The notes: generated from the letters alone by a model not told the origin. Shown: positions 20,285-31,659, counted from the first letter of the stretch. The stretch: DNA of 64,000 nucleotides from Acidobacteriota bacterium (GCA_965263035.1 OZ253580.1:384001-448000); one strand, 5' to 3'. A program made the numbers and translations.

Positions 20285-21394
20285 TTGCCGCCGCGTTGTA
20301 GAGTAGGTGAGATGCGGGCAGGCCTGAGTCTACGGGTTCTGGGGTCGCTCCTGATGGCTATTGCCGCCGTCAAACTGCTGGACTGGTCCTTGGTCCAGCT
20401 CAACGCCCGGAAGATCGTCCTTCCCCAGTTCGACGTCCGCTTGATTCCGACCCACGATCCCCGGGTGACGAAACGGCTGGCCAGCGTCCTCAGGTACGAG
20501 CGGCCGCCGCGAATCATCTTTACGGGAGACTCCCGGACCAAGTGCGGTTTCGACCCGGAGGTGATCGGCCGCACCCTGGGCGTTCGGCCCGAAACCTTCT
20601 TCAACTTCGGTACCGGCTCGCAGACGGTCCATTTCACGCGCCAGGTATTCCTGCCCGAGCTCCTCCTGGGCAACGGCATCCGGACCGAGACCCTGGTATT
20701 CGGGGTGAGTCCCGATTGGCTCCTGACGACGGACAAGTCGGAACGACTGATCCGCCACTACCGGGAGTCGCTGCACTACCGGATGGCGCATCCCGATTCC
20801 GGCTCGGACGATCCGTTCGGGACGGCCGTCTCCCATTTCCTGGCCCGCCATCTGGCCCTTTACCGCTACCGTTCCGACCTCATCCATCAGGAGGTGATCC
20901 CGGACCTGAAGTGCTGGTTTCTGGGAGACTGCCACGTCACTCCCTACGTCGACGCCTCCATGACTTTCCGGGAGGCGGAACGGGTGGCCGGCCTGCAGAC
21001 TCGATATGGGTGGCACAGCGATCTGTGGGCCTTGCTGACCAGCGGCGAGTACCGGAGCGAGGGGGACCGGCCCCGTTTCACGGAAGAGAATGCAGTCGAC
21101 AGGAATAATCTGTCAGGGCTGATCGATGAGGTCAGAGACGCCGGGATCAATCCGGTCTTCCTGATCATGCCCCTGCACCCTTCGTTCCTCCGGGTCCACG
21201 AGCCGGCCACCTCCCGAAACAAGCGCCTGCTGGAATCTCTGGCCGAAGAGAAAGGGGTCGACGTTCTGTACCCTCTCCAGGATTACTCCGACGCCAGTCT
21301 CTTCACGGATGGGCACCACCTCTCCCCTACCGGCGCGGCATGGTTCAGCGCCGACATCGCCCCTCGGCTCAGACCGTACCTGTCCGGCCGTTGA
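20285..21394 (+). CDS. membrane-anchored SGNH/DUF1574-like protein
   Basis: N-terminal TM segment, GDSR block I, FTDGHHL (DxxH) at C-terminus. Confidence 0.65.
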   Translation: MPPRCRVGEMRAGLSLRVLGSLLMAIAAVKLLDWSLVQLNARKIVLPQFDVRLIPTHDPRVTKRLASVLRYERPPRIIFTGDSRTKCGFDPEVIGRTLGVRPETFFNFGTGSQTVHFTRQVFLPELLLGNGIRTETLVFGVSPDWLLTTDKSERLIRHYRESLHYRMAHPDSGSDDPFGTAVSHFLARHLALYRYRSDLIHQEVIPDLKCWFLGDCHVTPYVDASMTFREAERVAGLQTRYGWHSDLWALLTSGEYRSEGDRPRFTEENAVDRNNLSGLIDEVRDAGINPVFLIMPLHPSFLRVHEPATSRNKRLLESLAEEKGVDVLYPLQDYSDASLFTDGHHLSPTGAAWFSADIAPRLRPYLSGR

Positions 21395-21606
21395 ATTTCC
21401 CCGCCGCAACACAAAATGATCCAACCTCGGGCGCCATGCCGAACTGAGTCCGCCGACTCTGCTATTTTAAGATCTCGTCGCGGTTATATTTACGGACCCT
21501 TGATGTGGGCGCCGGCGATGGAAGAGGGGAGAATCGTGATCAGCCGCCGCAAGTCGACGTGTGCCTCTCGGTCGATCGTGAGAACGGTCAAGAGAGGTTC
21601 GACGAT

Positions 21607-22575
21607 ATGAAGCTGGTCGTCACGGGGAGCAACGGCTTCATCGGCCAGAACACCTGCCGGAGGCTGATCGACCTGGGCCATCAGGTCATCGGCGTCGACG
21701 ACCTGTCCGAGGGTTCCTCCAGGCGCCCGGTGGATGGGGTCCGGTACCACGTCCGATGCGTCACCGATACGGAGTGGCTCCGCCGCCTGTTCCGGGAAAC
21801 CAAGCCTTCTGGGGTGATCCATTTGGCGGCCGTGCCGCGGGTCTCCTATTCGGTCCAGGAACCTCTGAGGAGCGCCACGCCCAATCTGACCGGGACCATC
21901 TCGGTGCTGAATGCGATGCTCAAGGCGGGTCTCGTGGGAGAGAGCCGGCTGGTCTTCGCCAGCAGCAGCTCCGTGTACGGCGGCGCCGACACCCTGCCCA
22001 CGCCCGAGACGCACCCCTGCAATCCACAGTCGCCGTATGCTCTGACCAAGCTGCAGGGGGAGCAGTGGTGCCGGATGTTCCACCACCTCTACGGTCTGGA
22101 CGTGGTGAGTCTGCGCTACTTCAACGTGTTCGGGCCCGGGGCCCGTTTCGGCGGGGCCTATTCCACGGTGTTGCCAGCGTGGCTCCATCATCTGTACGTG
22201 GATCCCTCATACCAGCCTTACCTGGAAGGGGACGGCACGCAGACGCGGGACTTCTGCTTCATCGACAACGTGGTCCAGGCCAACGTCGCCGCGGCGGAGC
22301 GGACCGGTGGCTTTTCGGCTGAAGTGCTGAACATCGGGCAGGGACAGGCCTACTCCCTGCTCGAACTCCACCAGGCCTTGGAGCGGATCAGCGGCAGGAA
22401 GCTCCCGCTCGAACGCCGGCCACCCCGCACCGCCGACGTGGCCCACACCCAGGCCGACATCTCTCAGGCGCGGGCCGAGCTGGGTTTCAATCCGACCAGC
22501 GACTTCCAGACCGAGCTCACTCGGACCGCGGACTGGTACCGGGAACGCCGGCCGGCGCCCGGCGGGAACGCCTGA
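21607..22575 (+). CDS. NAD-dependent nucleotide-sugar epimerase/dehydratase
   Basis: TGSNGFIG, ASSSSVYG, YALTK, LRYFNVFGP, QTRDF. Confidence 0.93.
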   Translation: MKLVVTGSNGFIGQNTCRRLIDLGHQVIGVDDLSEGSSRRPVDGVRYHVRCVTDTEWLRRLFRETKPSGVIHLAAVPRVSYSVQEPLRSATPNLTGTISVLNAMLKAGLVGESRLVFASSSSVYGGADTLPTPETHPCNPQSPYALTKLQGEQWCRMFHHLYGLDVVSLRYFNVFGPGARFGGAYSTVLPAWLHHLYVDPSYQPYLEGDGTQTRDFCFIDNVVQANVAAAERTGGFSAEVLNIGQGQAYSLLELHQALERISGRKLPLERRPPRTADVAHTQADISQARAELGFNPTSDFQTELTRTADWYRERRPAPGGNA

Positions 22576-22631
22576 CAAGCCGCCATGGCGAGCGGACCCG
22601 GATCCCAGCGAAGACGATCAGACCTCAGCCG

Positions 22632-24012
22632 ATGATCGAGTGGTTCCGACATCTCGGCGCTTCCCTCTCCCGCTTCACCGAACGCTGGGTGCCCGATTCG
22701 TGGGTGATCTGCATGTTTTTGACGGGCGCGGCACTGCTGCTGGCGGTGGCCGGCGCCGGCGTGGGGGTGGAGGCGGCGGTCCTGGCCTGGGGGACGGGCA
22801 TGTGGGCCCTGCTGGAACTGGCGATGCAATTCGCCATCGCCATAGGTAGCCTCCCACGCCTGCGTGTCGTCGCGGCCGGTCTACCGGCTGCTGGATCGCA
22901 TCGCCCGGATTCCCGACTCCGAGCGACCGCTTCAGGCCGTGCTCCTTGCGGGCCTGTTCTCTCTGGTCACCGGATACCTCAACTGGGCCTTCTGCATCGT
23001 CGGCGGCGCCCTCTTTGTTCCCTTCCTCTGCCGTCACAATCCGAAGGCGGACGTCCGAATTCTCATCGTCGGCGCCTACCTGGGAATGGGGACGGTGTGG
23101 CACTGCGGACTTTCGGCTTCGGCGCCCCTCATCATGGCCACTCCGGGGAATCCACTTCTGGAGCCGGCTGCGGGCCAGCCGGTGGTTGATCGCCTGCTTC
23201 CGGTCACCGAGACGCTGTTCTCCCCTTTCAACCTGGTCTACACGATCGGGATCGCCGCCGTCGGGCTGGCGGCCCTCCTTCTGCTGCACCCCGGACGAGA
23301 TCGGATCACGCTCACTCGGGAGCAGGTGGAAGCCATTCTGCCTCGGCCTCCCGTACTTCCGGAGAGGATCTCGACACCGGCCGGAGCTTTGGAACGCTTC
23401 CGGGGCTGGGTTGCGCTGGCCGTGGTCCTGATCCTCTACCCCTTGGGCCATACCCTGGTGACTCGTGGCTTCGGGACGGCCTGGACCATCAACGGCTACA
23501 ACATGGTGTTTCTGGGAGCGGCCCTGCTGCTCCATGGGCGTCCCGATTCCTTCGTCCAGGCCTGCCGCAAAGGTGCGGGGGCGACGTGGGGAATCATCCT
23601 GCAGTTCCCCTTCTATGCCGGCATCTTCGGGGTGATGAACAACACCACGTTGGGTGCCTGGCTGGGAGGGTTGTTCGCCAAGCTGGCCAGCGCGGGCACC
23701 TATCCGATCGTGGTCTACGTCTACTCGGGTTTCATGAACCTCTTCGTTCCCTCGGGAGGCTCCAAGTGGATGATCGAGGCCCCTTTCCTGATCCCCGCCG
23801 GCGAGGAGCTGGGTGTTTCGGTGACTACCATCCTGCTTTGCTATGCCTATGGCGACTCCACCACGAACCTGATCCAGCCCTTCTGGGCCATCCCCATCCT
23901 GTCCCTGACGCGGATGCGATTCGGCGACGTAGTAGGCTACTCCTCCCTGGTGGGTCTGGCCTGCTTCTGCTTCAGCCTGATCGCCATGCTCCTGATCCCG
24001 ATCCGGCTCTAG
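22632..24012 (+). pseudogene. atoE: short-chain fatty acid transporter (AtoE family), frameshifted
   Basis: ERWVPD, WHCGLSASAPL, IILQFPFYAGI, FVPSGGSKW, NLIQPFWA; +1 base near 22843 splits it into two ORFs. Confidence 0.85.
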
Positions 24013-24100
24013 GAGCGAGGGTTTTCAACCCCCGAATGGGAGCGGGGGGTTGTAACCCCCGATTCTTGAGATGGTGGGGGACAAGGCTATCCCCCCTCCC
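24012..24100. repeat. REP-like palindrome cluster (GGAG family)
   Basis: GGAGCGAGGGTTTTCAACCCCCG, GGAGCGGGGGGTTGTAACCCCCG and an inverted copy ending CCCCCTCCC. Confidence 0.65.
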
Positions 24101-24181
24101 ATGGCGCGTTGACCGGGATGCCCGGCCGGGAATAGACTCGATTCGAGCAGATCATTTCATGGCCTTGCCAGGAAGCAGCCG

Positions 24182-25642
24182 GTGAATTTGAATCAAGCCC
24201 TCCATCCGGAGTGGACGCGGCGCCATTTCTTCTCTCGGACCACCTTGGGTGTGGGGACGGCGGCTCTGGCGTCGTTGTTACCTCCCGAGCTGGCGGCCGG
24301 TTCCGTGGACAGCGGAGCCGGGAAAAGGGGCCTGCCCGGCCTTCCTCACTTCGCTCCCCGCGCCAAGCGGGTCATCTTCCTCTACCAGTCGGGTGGACCC
24401 TCCCAACTGGACCTGTTCGACTACAAGCCCCGGCTCCAGGCGCTGAGAGGCACCGATCTCCCCGCCTCCATCCGCATGGGCCAGCGCATCACGGGAATGA
24501 CATCGCGGCAGGCTCAACTCCCGCTGGTCCCCTCCCTCTTCAAGTTCGAACAACACGGCCAGTCCGGGACCTGGGTCAGCGAGCTTATGCCTCACACCTC
24601 CCGGATCGTGGACGAACTGCTGGTGGTGAAGACGGTGCACACAGACGCCATCAACCACGATCCGGCCATGACCTTTATTCAGACCGGAAGCCAGCAGCCG
24701 GGGCGGCCCAGCATGGGCGCTTGGCTGAGCTACGGCCTGGGAAGCGAGAACGACAGCCTGCCCAGCTTCGTGGTCCTGGTCTCCAAGGGGGAGATTCGGG
24801 CCATGCAGCCCATCATGTCCCGGATGTGGGGAAGCGCTTTCCTCCCCTCCAACCATCAGGGCGTGAGATTCCTCGGCCGTGGCGATCCGGTGCTGTATCT
24901 CTCAAATCCGCCTGGCATCAACACGGCCACCCGGCGGCGGATGATGGACGGAATCGGAGAGTTGAACCGGATCCGGATGGATACTTTGGGCGATCCCGAG
25001 ATCTCCGCCCGCATCTCCCAGTACGAGATGGCTTTTCGGATGCAGGCCTCGGTCCCCGAGTTGACCGATCTCTCCCTGGAACCGGAGCGCACTTTCGATC
25101 TCTACGGTCCCGACGCCAGGAGACCGGGGACCTATGCCGCCAACTGCCTGCTGGCCCGGCGTCTCAGCGAGAAGGGGGTCCGCTTCGTGCAACTCTTCCA
25201 CCGGGGTTGGGACCAGCATCTGGACCTCCCCAGCGCCATCCGGGAGCAGTGCACTGCCACCGATCAGGCCACGGCCGCGCTGGTGACGGACCTGAAGCAA
25301 CGAGGTCTACTTGAGGAGACTCTGGTGATTTGGGGCGGCGAATTCGGAAGAACGGCCTACTGCCAGGGCCAGCTCACCGAGGACAACTACGGGCGCGACC
25401 ATCATCCCCGGTGCTTCACCATGTGGATGGCAGGCGGCGGCATGAAGGCAGGAACGGTCTACGGAGAGACCGACGACTTCGGCTACAACGTGGTCCGGGA
25501 CCCGGTTCACGTCCACGACTTCCAGGCCACGGTCCTGCACGCCCTGGGCATCGACCACACCCGGCTCACGTACAAATTCCAAGGCCGCCACCACCGGCTG
25601 ACCGACATCCACGGAAGAGTGGTGGAGGATTTCCTGGCCTGA
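24182..25642 (+). CDS. DUF1501 family (sulfatase-like) protein with Tat-type leader
   Basis: TRRHFF, GGPSQLDLFDYKP, LLARRL, WDQH, WGGEFGRT, GRDHHP. Confidence 0.92.
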   Translation: MNLNQALHPEWTRRHFFSRTTLGVGTAALASLLPPELAAGSVDSGAGKRGLPGLPHFAPRAKRVIFLYQSGGPSQLDLFDYKPRLQALRGTDLPASIRMGQRITGMTSRQAQLPLVPSLFKFEQHGQSGTWVSELMPHTSRIVDELLVVKTVHTDAINHDPAMTFIQTGSQQPGRPSMGAWLSYGLGSENDSLPSFVVLVSKGEIRAMQPIMSRMWGSAFLPSNHQGVRFLGRGDPVLYLSNPPGINTATRRRMMDGIGELNRIRMDTLGDPEISARISQYEMAFRMQASVPELTDLSLEPERTFDLYGPDARRPGTYAANCLLARRLSEKGVRFVQLFHRGWDQHLDLPSAIREQCTATDQATAALVTDLKQRGLLEETLVIWGGEFGRTAYCQGQLTEDNYGRDHHPRCFTMWMAGGGMKAGTVYGETDDFGYNVVRDPVHVHDFQATVLHALGIDHTRLTYKFQGRHHRLTDIHGRVVEDFLA

Positions 25643-25703
25643 GACAGGCGTCAACATCGGGTGAAGATCACGCGGTTGGCCACTCCCCGGATTTTTGATT
25701 TTC

Positions 25704-26825
25704 CTACGATCGCGGCCGGCCGGACGCCGTGTAATCCCCCGGACGCCAAGTGGCCACGCGCATCTCGTAGTGGAAGTCCTCCGAGACCTGAGTGTAGTAG
25801 GCGGTGACGGCCTGGCCGTCAGCCAGCTGCACGCTGCTGGGATACCCGCAGTCGGCCCGGGGACAATCGGCAATACGGATGGGCGGGCTCCAGGTCTTAC
25901 CCTTGTCCTCGCTGAGCCGGACGTCCACGCCGAAGTTGTTCCAACAGCGGTTCCCATAGCTGAGGAGAACGCGTCCGTCCGAGAGTGCGGCCAAGTTGCC
26001 CGTCACCTGCAGGGGCAGACTCAGTGGCATCTTCCGCTGCCAGGTGCGGGCGTCGTCGCTGGAAACGAACAGTTTCAAATGAACGTCGCGCCTCTCCTTG
26101 AACTCTCTCGAGGCGGCCAACCAGTGTCCTCCCCCCAGATGCAGGATATCGGTCTCGTTTCCGCCCGGATTCAAGGGAACCGGATCGCCCCAGGTCCAGC
26201 CGTCGTCGCGGCTGCGAAGCAGGTAGGCTTCCCGCAGGTCATCCCGCCGGAGGTAGACCGCCGCGCACAGAGATCCGTCTTCTGCGATGCGAATATTGCC
26301 GAACGCGATGAACTCATTGTCTTTGCCGGCTGGAGACTCGGGAGGCGCGGGGAAGTCCCGGCTCACCTCCCAGGTCCGGCCGCCGTCGGACGAGCGGCAG
26401 ACCCAGGCCCGGATCACCCGCCGGTGAGGCCCGCTCAGGACACCCTTGGGAGCCCGGCCCCCCCAACCGCTGCACAGGACCACCAGATCACCGTTGGCGG
26501 CGAAACCGGCTGCGCAGTTCATCCGGGCCGTGGTGGGCTCATGTTCGGCCGGCCGGCTGCGAAAGCGCCAGGTCCGGCCGTCATCCTCGCTGGCCCAGCA
26601 GTCCAGGTCCCCCTCCCAGAGCCCGTGACAGGGTTGGTTGTAAAGGAATGCGACCAGGGTTCCGTCCTCCAGGCGCTTGAGATTGGGCCAGGCGCAGACC
26701 TTCTGGATGGCCGTCCGAATTCGGCTGCCCGAAGGACCTCCGGCGGTGTGGGCCGACGTTGGAGAGACCAGCGACGGCAGGATCAGCGAAGCCGCGCCGG
26801 CTTGAAGCGCTTCCCTTCGATTCAT
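25704..26825 (-). CDS. BNR/Asp-box beta-propeller (sialidase-like) protein, Tat-exported
   Basis: MNRREAL leader; five SxDxGxTW-type Asp boxes; DCGYPSSV. Confidence 0.85.
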   Translation of the reverse strand: MNRREALQAGAASLILPSLVSPTSAHTAGGPSGSRIRTAIQKVCAWPNLKRLEDGTLVAFLYNQPCHGLWEGDLDCWASEDDGRTWRFRSRPAEHEPTTARMNCAAGFAANGDLVVLCSGWGGRAPKGVLSGPHRRVIRAWVCRSSDGGRTWEVSRDFPAPPESPAGKDNEFIAFGNIRIAEDGSLCAAVYLRRDDLREAYLLRSRDDGWTWGDPVPLNPGGNETDILHLGGGHWLAASREFKERRDVHLKLFVSSDDARTWQRKMPLSLPLQVTGNLAALSDGRVLLSYGNRCWNNFGVDVRLSEDKGKTWSPPIRIADCPRADCGYPSSVQLADGQAVTAYYTQVSEDFHYEMRVATWRPGDYTASGRPRS

Positions 26826-26999
26826 GGAGTCCACTCCCGATTGGATTCGGTGCCGCTGCGGGAGGCGCCAGTATAGCAGCCGGCTGCGAAAGTCCGATTC
26901 GGCGTTGCTTCCATAGGATGGTTCACTTGCCGCTTGGCATATGCCCGTGATATACAATGGTCGCATTGAGACGGTGCAGGTCAGAGTCGGAGTGCAAGT

Positions 27000-27233
27000 A
27001 TGGAAACTACTGCCAAGCTGTTCGTAAATGGTCGCAGTCAAGCCGTTCGGATCCCCAAAGCGTTTCGTTTCGAGGGCGTCGATGAAGTGATCATCCGTAA
27101 GGACGGAGAAGCCCTGATCTTGTTGCCTGCTCGCAAGAGTTGGAAATCCTACGCCGAGGAAGCTCCGACCGTGGGCGACGATTTTATGGAGTCCAGACCA
27201 GAGCTGATGGATAGGCATCGAGTCACGTTTTGA
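27000..27233 (+). CDS. vapB: VapB antitoxin (AbrB/MazE fold)
   Basis: TAKLFVNGRSQAVRIPKAFRF. Confidence 0.93.
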   Translation: METTAKLFVNGRSQAVRIPKAFRFEGVDEVIIRKDGEALILLPARKSWKSYAEEAPTVGDDFMESRPELMDRHRVTF

Positions 27234-27643
27234 TGCGGTATATGCTGGATACTGACATCTGCAGCTACGTGATTCGCGAGAAAGATCCGCAACTGCTGGC
27301 GACCTTTCAAGCAAGAGCGCATTCGGGTGCGGAAATATCGATTTCCGCCATCACCTATGCTGAGTTGCGACTTAGCGCCGAGAGGTCTCAACGCGTCAAG
27401 AGTTACAAACGAGCCATCCGGCTGTTTTGCGATCGACTGAACCGCATCATGGCGTGGGACGCAAAGGCAGCGGAGGAGTTCGGAACGCTGCAGGCAGAGT
27501 TGTTCAGAATCGGAACGCCCATCGGCGGCAATGACGCCATGATCGCCGCGCACGCTCTCAGTATCGACTGTGTTTTGGTGACCAACAACCGGAAACACTT
27601 CTCCAGAGTTCCCGGACTCAAGATCGAAAACTGGATCACTTGA
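27230..27643 (+). CDS. vapC: VapC PIN-domain toxin
   Basis: YMLDTDICSY, ITYAEL, IGGNDAMIAAHA, LVTNN, F.RVPGL.IENW; overlaps vapB. Confidence 0.95.
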   Translation: MMRYMLDTDICSYVIREKDPQLLATFQARAHSGAEISISAITYAELRLSAERSQRVKSYKRAIRLFCDRLNRIMAWDAKAAEEFGTLQAELFRIGTPIGGNDAMIAAHALSIDCVLVTNNRKHFSRVPGLKIENWIT

Positions 27644-27664
27644 TTCACATCAGAAAGAGACCCC

Positions 27665-28501
27665 ATGCCCGAACATCGCAAGACCAGCATCGGAATTGAC
27701 AACCCCTGGTACCCGGAGGGGGGACCGGGGCGGCACCTCAAGGCCCGGCTCAAGCGGGGTGAGGTGTTGATCGGCCCCATGCTGGAGGCGTATGCCCACC
27801 CGTCCCTGGTCAAGCTGTTCCAGCACGCGGGATTCGACTTCGTCTACATCGAGTACGAGCACAGCCTCTTCGGCCTGCAGGATCTGGCGGACACCATTCT
27901 CTCGGCCCGGGACAACGGTCTGCCCGTCATCGCCAAGACGCCACAATTGGAGCGTCAGGAGGTCTCGAAGCTGCTGGAGGCGGGAGTGGTGGGCATCCAG
28001 CTTCCCCGGACCGAGACCCGGGAGCAGGTCCAGAAGTTGCTGAGCTACCTGAAGTTTCCACCGGAGGGAACCCGGGCCGTGGCGCCGGGATGGGGCAACA
28101 GCGACTACCGGCACGTCACCGATTGGCAGGGCTGGATGGACGAACAGGACCAGGAGACCGCGGTGGTGGTGCATCTGGAAACGGTCCGCGGATACGAGAA
28201 CGCTGAGGAGATCCTGAGCCTGCCCGGGGTGGACATGTGTTACGTGGGCCCGGGAGATACTTCCATCGAGTTCGGACACCCGGGCGACTACGATCACCCT
28301 GCGGTGCGGGGCCCCATGGAGACGGTCCTGGAGCTCTGCAAGAAGTACGGCGTGGCCTTCGGCACCACCCCGTCGAGCGGCGGCGCCGCCGGCGAGTGGG
28401 CCCGCAAGGGAGCCACCTTCTTCGAAGCCGAATCGGAATTGGGATTCATCCGGACCGGGGCCGCAGCCCTGCTGGACGACTACCGGGCAAACATCAGATA
28501 A
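27665..28501 (+). CDS. HpcH/HpaI aldolase family protein
   Basis: GFDFVYIEYEH, KFPPEGTR, HLET, VGPGD. Confidence 0.88.
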   Translation: MPEHRKTSIGIDNPWYPEGGPGRHLKARLKRGEVLIGPMLEAYAHPSLVKLFQHAGFDFVYIEYEHSLFGLQDLADTILSARDNGLPVIAKTPQLERQEVSKLLEAGVVGIQLPRTETREQVQKLLSYLKFPPEGTRAVAPGWGNSDYRHVTDWQGWMDEQDQETAVVVHLETVRGYENAEEILSLPGVDMCYVGPGDTSIEFGHPGDYDHPAVRGPMETVLELCKKYGVAFGTTPSSGGAAGEWARKGATFFEAESELGFIRTGAAALLDDYRANIR

Positions 28502-28506
28502 GGATT

Positions 28507-28584
28507 GGAGCGGCGGTTTCCAACCGCCGAACTCCAGAGTGACAATTTGGCGCTGAAGAATGGGCGATTGGAAATCGCCCCTCC
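28507..28584. repeat. inverted REP pair (REPIN-like)
   Basis: GGAGCGGCGGTTTCCAACCGCC ... GGGCGATTGGAAATCGCCCCTCC between convergent genes. Confidence 0.75.
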
Positions 28585-28586
28585 TG

Positions 28587-29255
28587 TCAGACCCGCTCCA
28601 CCGCTTCGGGACAGCGGACTCCCGTCCCGCCCAGACCGCAGTAGCCCGCAGGATTCTTGGCCAGATACTGCTGGTGGTAGTCCTCGGCGTAGAAATAATC
28701 GGGAGCCGGCAGGACCTCCGTGGTGACCCGACCGTATTCGGCCGCAGTCAGCTCCTGTTGGAACGGGTCCCTCGAGGCCACGGCCAAGTCATTCTGACGA
28801 TCGGAACCGGTGTAGATTCCTGAGCGGTACTGGGTCCCCACGTCGTTGCCCTGGCGCATACCCTGGGTCGGATCGTGGTTTTCCCAGAAGATTCGGAGCA
28901 TTTCTCCATAGCTCGTCCGCGTGGGATCGAAGACCACCAGGACCACTTCGTTGTGACCGGTCAGGCCGCTGCACACCTCCTGGTAGGTGGGGTTGGGGGT
29001 GCAACCACCAGCGTAGCCGACGGAGGTCGAGAAGACCCCGGAAGCCTCCCAGAACTTCCGCTCCGCGCCCCAGAAACACCCCAGTCCAAAGAGAGCCGTC
29101 TCCATCCCGTCCGGGAACGGGGGCAGGAGAGAACTGCCCAAGACAAAATGCCGGGCGGGAACCGGCATGCGGTCATTCCGGCCCGGAAGCGAATCCTCCG
29201 GTTTCGGCATTCTGAGCTTGCTGGAAAAGTCCCAAAAGATCATGTTCTCTCCCAC
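28587..29255 (-). CDS. msrA: peptide-methionine (S)-S-oxide reductase
   Basis: [43 protein letters not shown]. Confidence 0.97.
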   Translation of the reverse strand: MGENMIFWDFSSKLRMPKPEDSLPGRNDRMPVPARHFVLGSSLLPPFPDGMETALFGLGCFWGAERKFWEASGVFSTSVGYAGGCTPNPTYQEVCSGLTGHNEVVLVVFDPTRTSYGEMLRIFWENHDPTQGMRQGNDVGTQYRSGIYTGSDRQNDLAVASRDPFQQELTAAEYGRVTTEVLPAPDYFYAEDYHQQYLAKNPAGYCGLGGTGVRCPEAVERV

Positions 29256-29303
29256 ATTCCGGCGCGCCGTCCGGGAGCCGGTGATGCTGTTTCGAGTTCC
29301 TGC

Positions 29304-31649
29304 CTATTCCTCGGACCGCCGCAAGAAGACGTCGCTGGTGGCGACCGCCACGACCGCAGCGGAGATTCGATAGTCGTTCTCTTCCAGAGCGCGCCGCACC
29401 GACAGCACCGTGTAGAAGTCGCCGGACTGGAGCTCCCGGGTCAGGGCGTATACGACCAGATTCTCGGCAAAGTTCCGGACGAACGTCCGCCTCCGATGTT
29501 CCCGGAGCAGGTAGCGCTTCAGGTCCTGCAGACCCCGCACCAGGGTGCCGTCCGGCAATGGCTCGGGATCCGACACCGGATCCTGGCGCCGGCGTCCGAT
29601 GGCGTCGAACTCCTCCAGCGCCAAACCCAGAGGATCGATGCGGTTGTGACAACCGGCGCAGCGCGTGTCCTGGCGGTGCCTCTCCATCACCTCGCGCAAA
29701 CTCAACTCGGACCCGTCCCCGTCCTGGGAGTCCTCCAGCTTGCCCGTCTCCACCGGCGGCGGCAGCGTGGGCGTGCCCAGGATCTCATCCAGGATGTAGG
29801 CGCCGCGCTCGATGGCGCTGCGGCGATTCGGGTGGGAGGTGAGACTCAGGATGCCCGCCATGCCCAGCAGGCCGCCGCGGCTGTCGCTCTCGGACAACGA
29901 AACCTTCCGGAAGGCGTCGCCTTCGATCCCCTTCATGCCGTAGAAGTCGGCGAGCTCTCCGTTGACGAAGGTGAAGTCCGAGTCCAGGAGATTCAGGATG
30001 CTCAAATCCTGCCGAATGATCTCCTCGACGAAGCTTCGGATCTCTCCGTACATGGCCCCCTGAAGCGACTCGGAGAACGTGGGGAACTGCTCCCGCGAGA
30101 CGTTCAGATGGTCCCTCACCTTGTTGAACCTGAGCCACTGGCCCACGAACTGGGTGGCCAGAGCCGCGGCCCGGGGATCCCGCAGCATTCGCTTCACCTG
30201 GGCCGCCAGGACAACCGGGTCGTGGAGCCGTTCCTCCAGTGCCAGCCGGAAAAGCTCCCAATCAGGCGGTCCTGACCATATGAAGTAGGAGAGACGCGAC
30301 GCCACCGCGTGGTGCCCAAGCGGCCCGGTGGCCTTGGACGGCTTCCGTTTCTTGTCGCTCCAGTTGATCTGCTTCCTCTCCCAGCCGTGCTCTTCGGCCA
30401 GATAGACGAACTGGGGCGAGGCCAGAATGCCCTGCACCACCTTGCGGGCAGCGGTCTGGCGATCCATCCCCTCCCGGATCCGATTGTCCAGAAAAGCGGT
30501 CAGACCTCTGACTTCCGGCTCCCTCAACGGCCGGCGGTAGGCCCGTTCGGCAAAAACCAGCAGATGGTGCAGGGCCCGGGTGCGCCAAGCATCGGCCGGA
30601 AGCGGATCCGGAGTTACAACAGAATCCGGCGGCCCGAATCGGAGACCCCGGTCCGGGTCCAGGATGGCGTGGGAGGCGATCCGGTCGCCCGCTTGCATGT
30701 ACCGCGTCAGCTTGGTGGGCGACAACTGCATCTCATGACCCCGATTCGCGAAGCCGCCGTCGCTGGCCACGCCCCCCGGTTGGGTGAGGCGGCTCAGGTC
30801 CAGGTCGAGTCCGGTCAAGTCGCGAACCGTGTTGTCATACTCGTAGGGAGTCAACTGCCGCAGACGGGCATTGCTGGCCCGGGAGGATTCGGGGGTCACC
30901 CTCTCCTCCAGCGCCCGCTCGTACCACCTGGCGAAGAGCTCCCGCTCCCGTTCCGACGGCTGGTGCTTCTGGGCGGGATGGGGCATGGAACCGGTGGTGA
31001 TGGCCCGGGTCACGTTGCCCCAGGTCTTGTGCCATTTACGCAGCTCGTCATCGAACCGCATCTCGACACTTTCTTGCAGGTCGAGCCCCCCTTCCCGTGT
31101 GGCGTTGTCATGACAGCCGTAGCAGTAGTGCTTCAGGAAAGGGTGGATGTGCTCCTTGAACTTCAACTCCGAGGCGGGTCCTTGGAACTCCACGTAAGGG
31201 ATGGCCGGCTCGGAGGCCTTCTCGGCCGAAAGGTCCGCCGGTTCCGGCCAGGAGGACGCCCGGTCGATCCAGTCGGCCAGCAGGGCGATCTGCTCCGCCG
31301 TGGGCCGGGGAAGACCCTTGGGGGGCATGGTCTCAGGATGGTCCGGAGGCAGGCTGAGACGCTGGATCAGACGGCTTCCGGCCGAATTTCCGGCAATCAT
31401 CACCCGGCCGCTGTCACTGCCCCGAAGGGCGTTTTCGAACCGATCCAGCCGCAGGCCTCCCTGCGGGTTCTGCCCGCCATGGCAGCTCTGGCAGTATCGG
31501 CTGAGGAGGGGCCGGATCTTGGCGTCCCAGTCGCCGGGCGGCGGGGCCGGACGGCCCAGCACGCTTAGCCCCGCCGCACCCAGGAGCAGAGCCCACAGGA
31601 ATCCGCAGGTTCGGATACGGGACGAGCAACGTCCGGGAGCGGACGTCAT
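29304..31649 (-). CDS. DUF1592/DUF1588/DUF1587 protein with planctomycete-type cytochrome c domains
   Basis: CQSCH, CYGCH, CAGCH; LTPYEYDNTVRDL, ASRLSYFIW, IDPLGLALEEFDAIG. Confidence 0.9.
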   Translation of the reverse strand: MTSAPGRCSSRIRTCGFLWALLLGAAGLSVLGRPAPPPGDWDAKIRPLLSRYCQSCHGGQNPQGGLRLDRFENALRGSDSGRVMIAGNSAGSRLIQRLSLPPDHPETMPPKGLPRPTAEQIALLADWIDRASSWPEPADLSAEKASEPAIPYVEFQGPASELKFKEHIHPFLKHYCYGCHDNATREGGLDLQESVEMRFDDELRKWHKTWGNVTRAITTGSMPHPAQKHQPSERERELFARWYERALEERVTPESSRASNARLRQLTPYEYDNTVRDLTGLDLDLSRLTQPGGVASDGGFANRGHEMQLSPTKLTRYMQAGDRIASHAILDPDRGLRFGPPDSVVTPDPLPADAWRTRALHHLLVFAERAYRRPLREPEVRGLTAFLDNRIREGMDRQTAARKVVQGILASPQFVYLAEEHGWERKQINWSDKKRKPSKATGPLGHHAVASRLSYFIWSGPPDWELFRLALEERLHDPVVLAAQVKRMLRDPRAAALATQFVGQWLRFNKVRDHLNVSREQFPTFSESLQGAMYGEIRSFVEEIIRQDLSILNLLDSDFTFVNGELADFYGMKGIEGDAFRKVSLSESDSRGGLLGMAGILSLTSHPNRRSAIERGAYILDEILGTPTLPPPVETGKLEDSQDGDGSELSLREVMERHRQDTRCAGCHNRIDPLGLALEEFDAIGRRRQDPVSDPEPLPDGTLVRGLQDLKRYLLREHRRRTFVRNFAENLVVYALTRELQSGDFYTVLSVRRALEENDYRISAAVVAVATSDVFLRRSEE

Positions 31650-31659
31650 GACGGCCTCC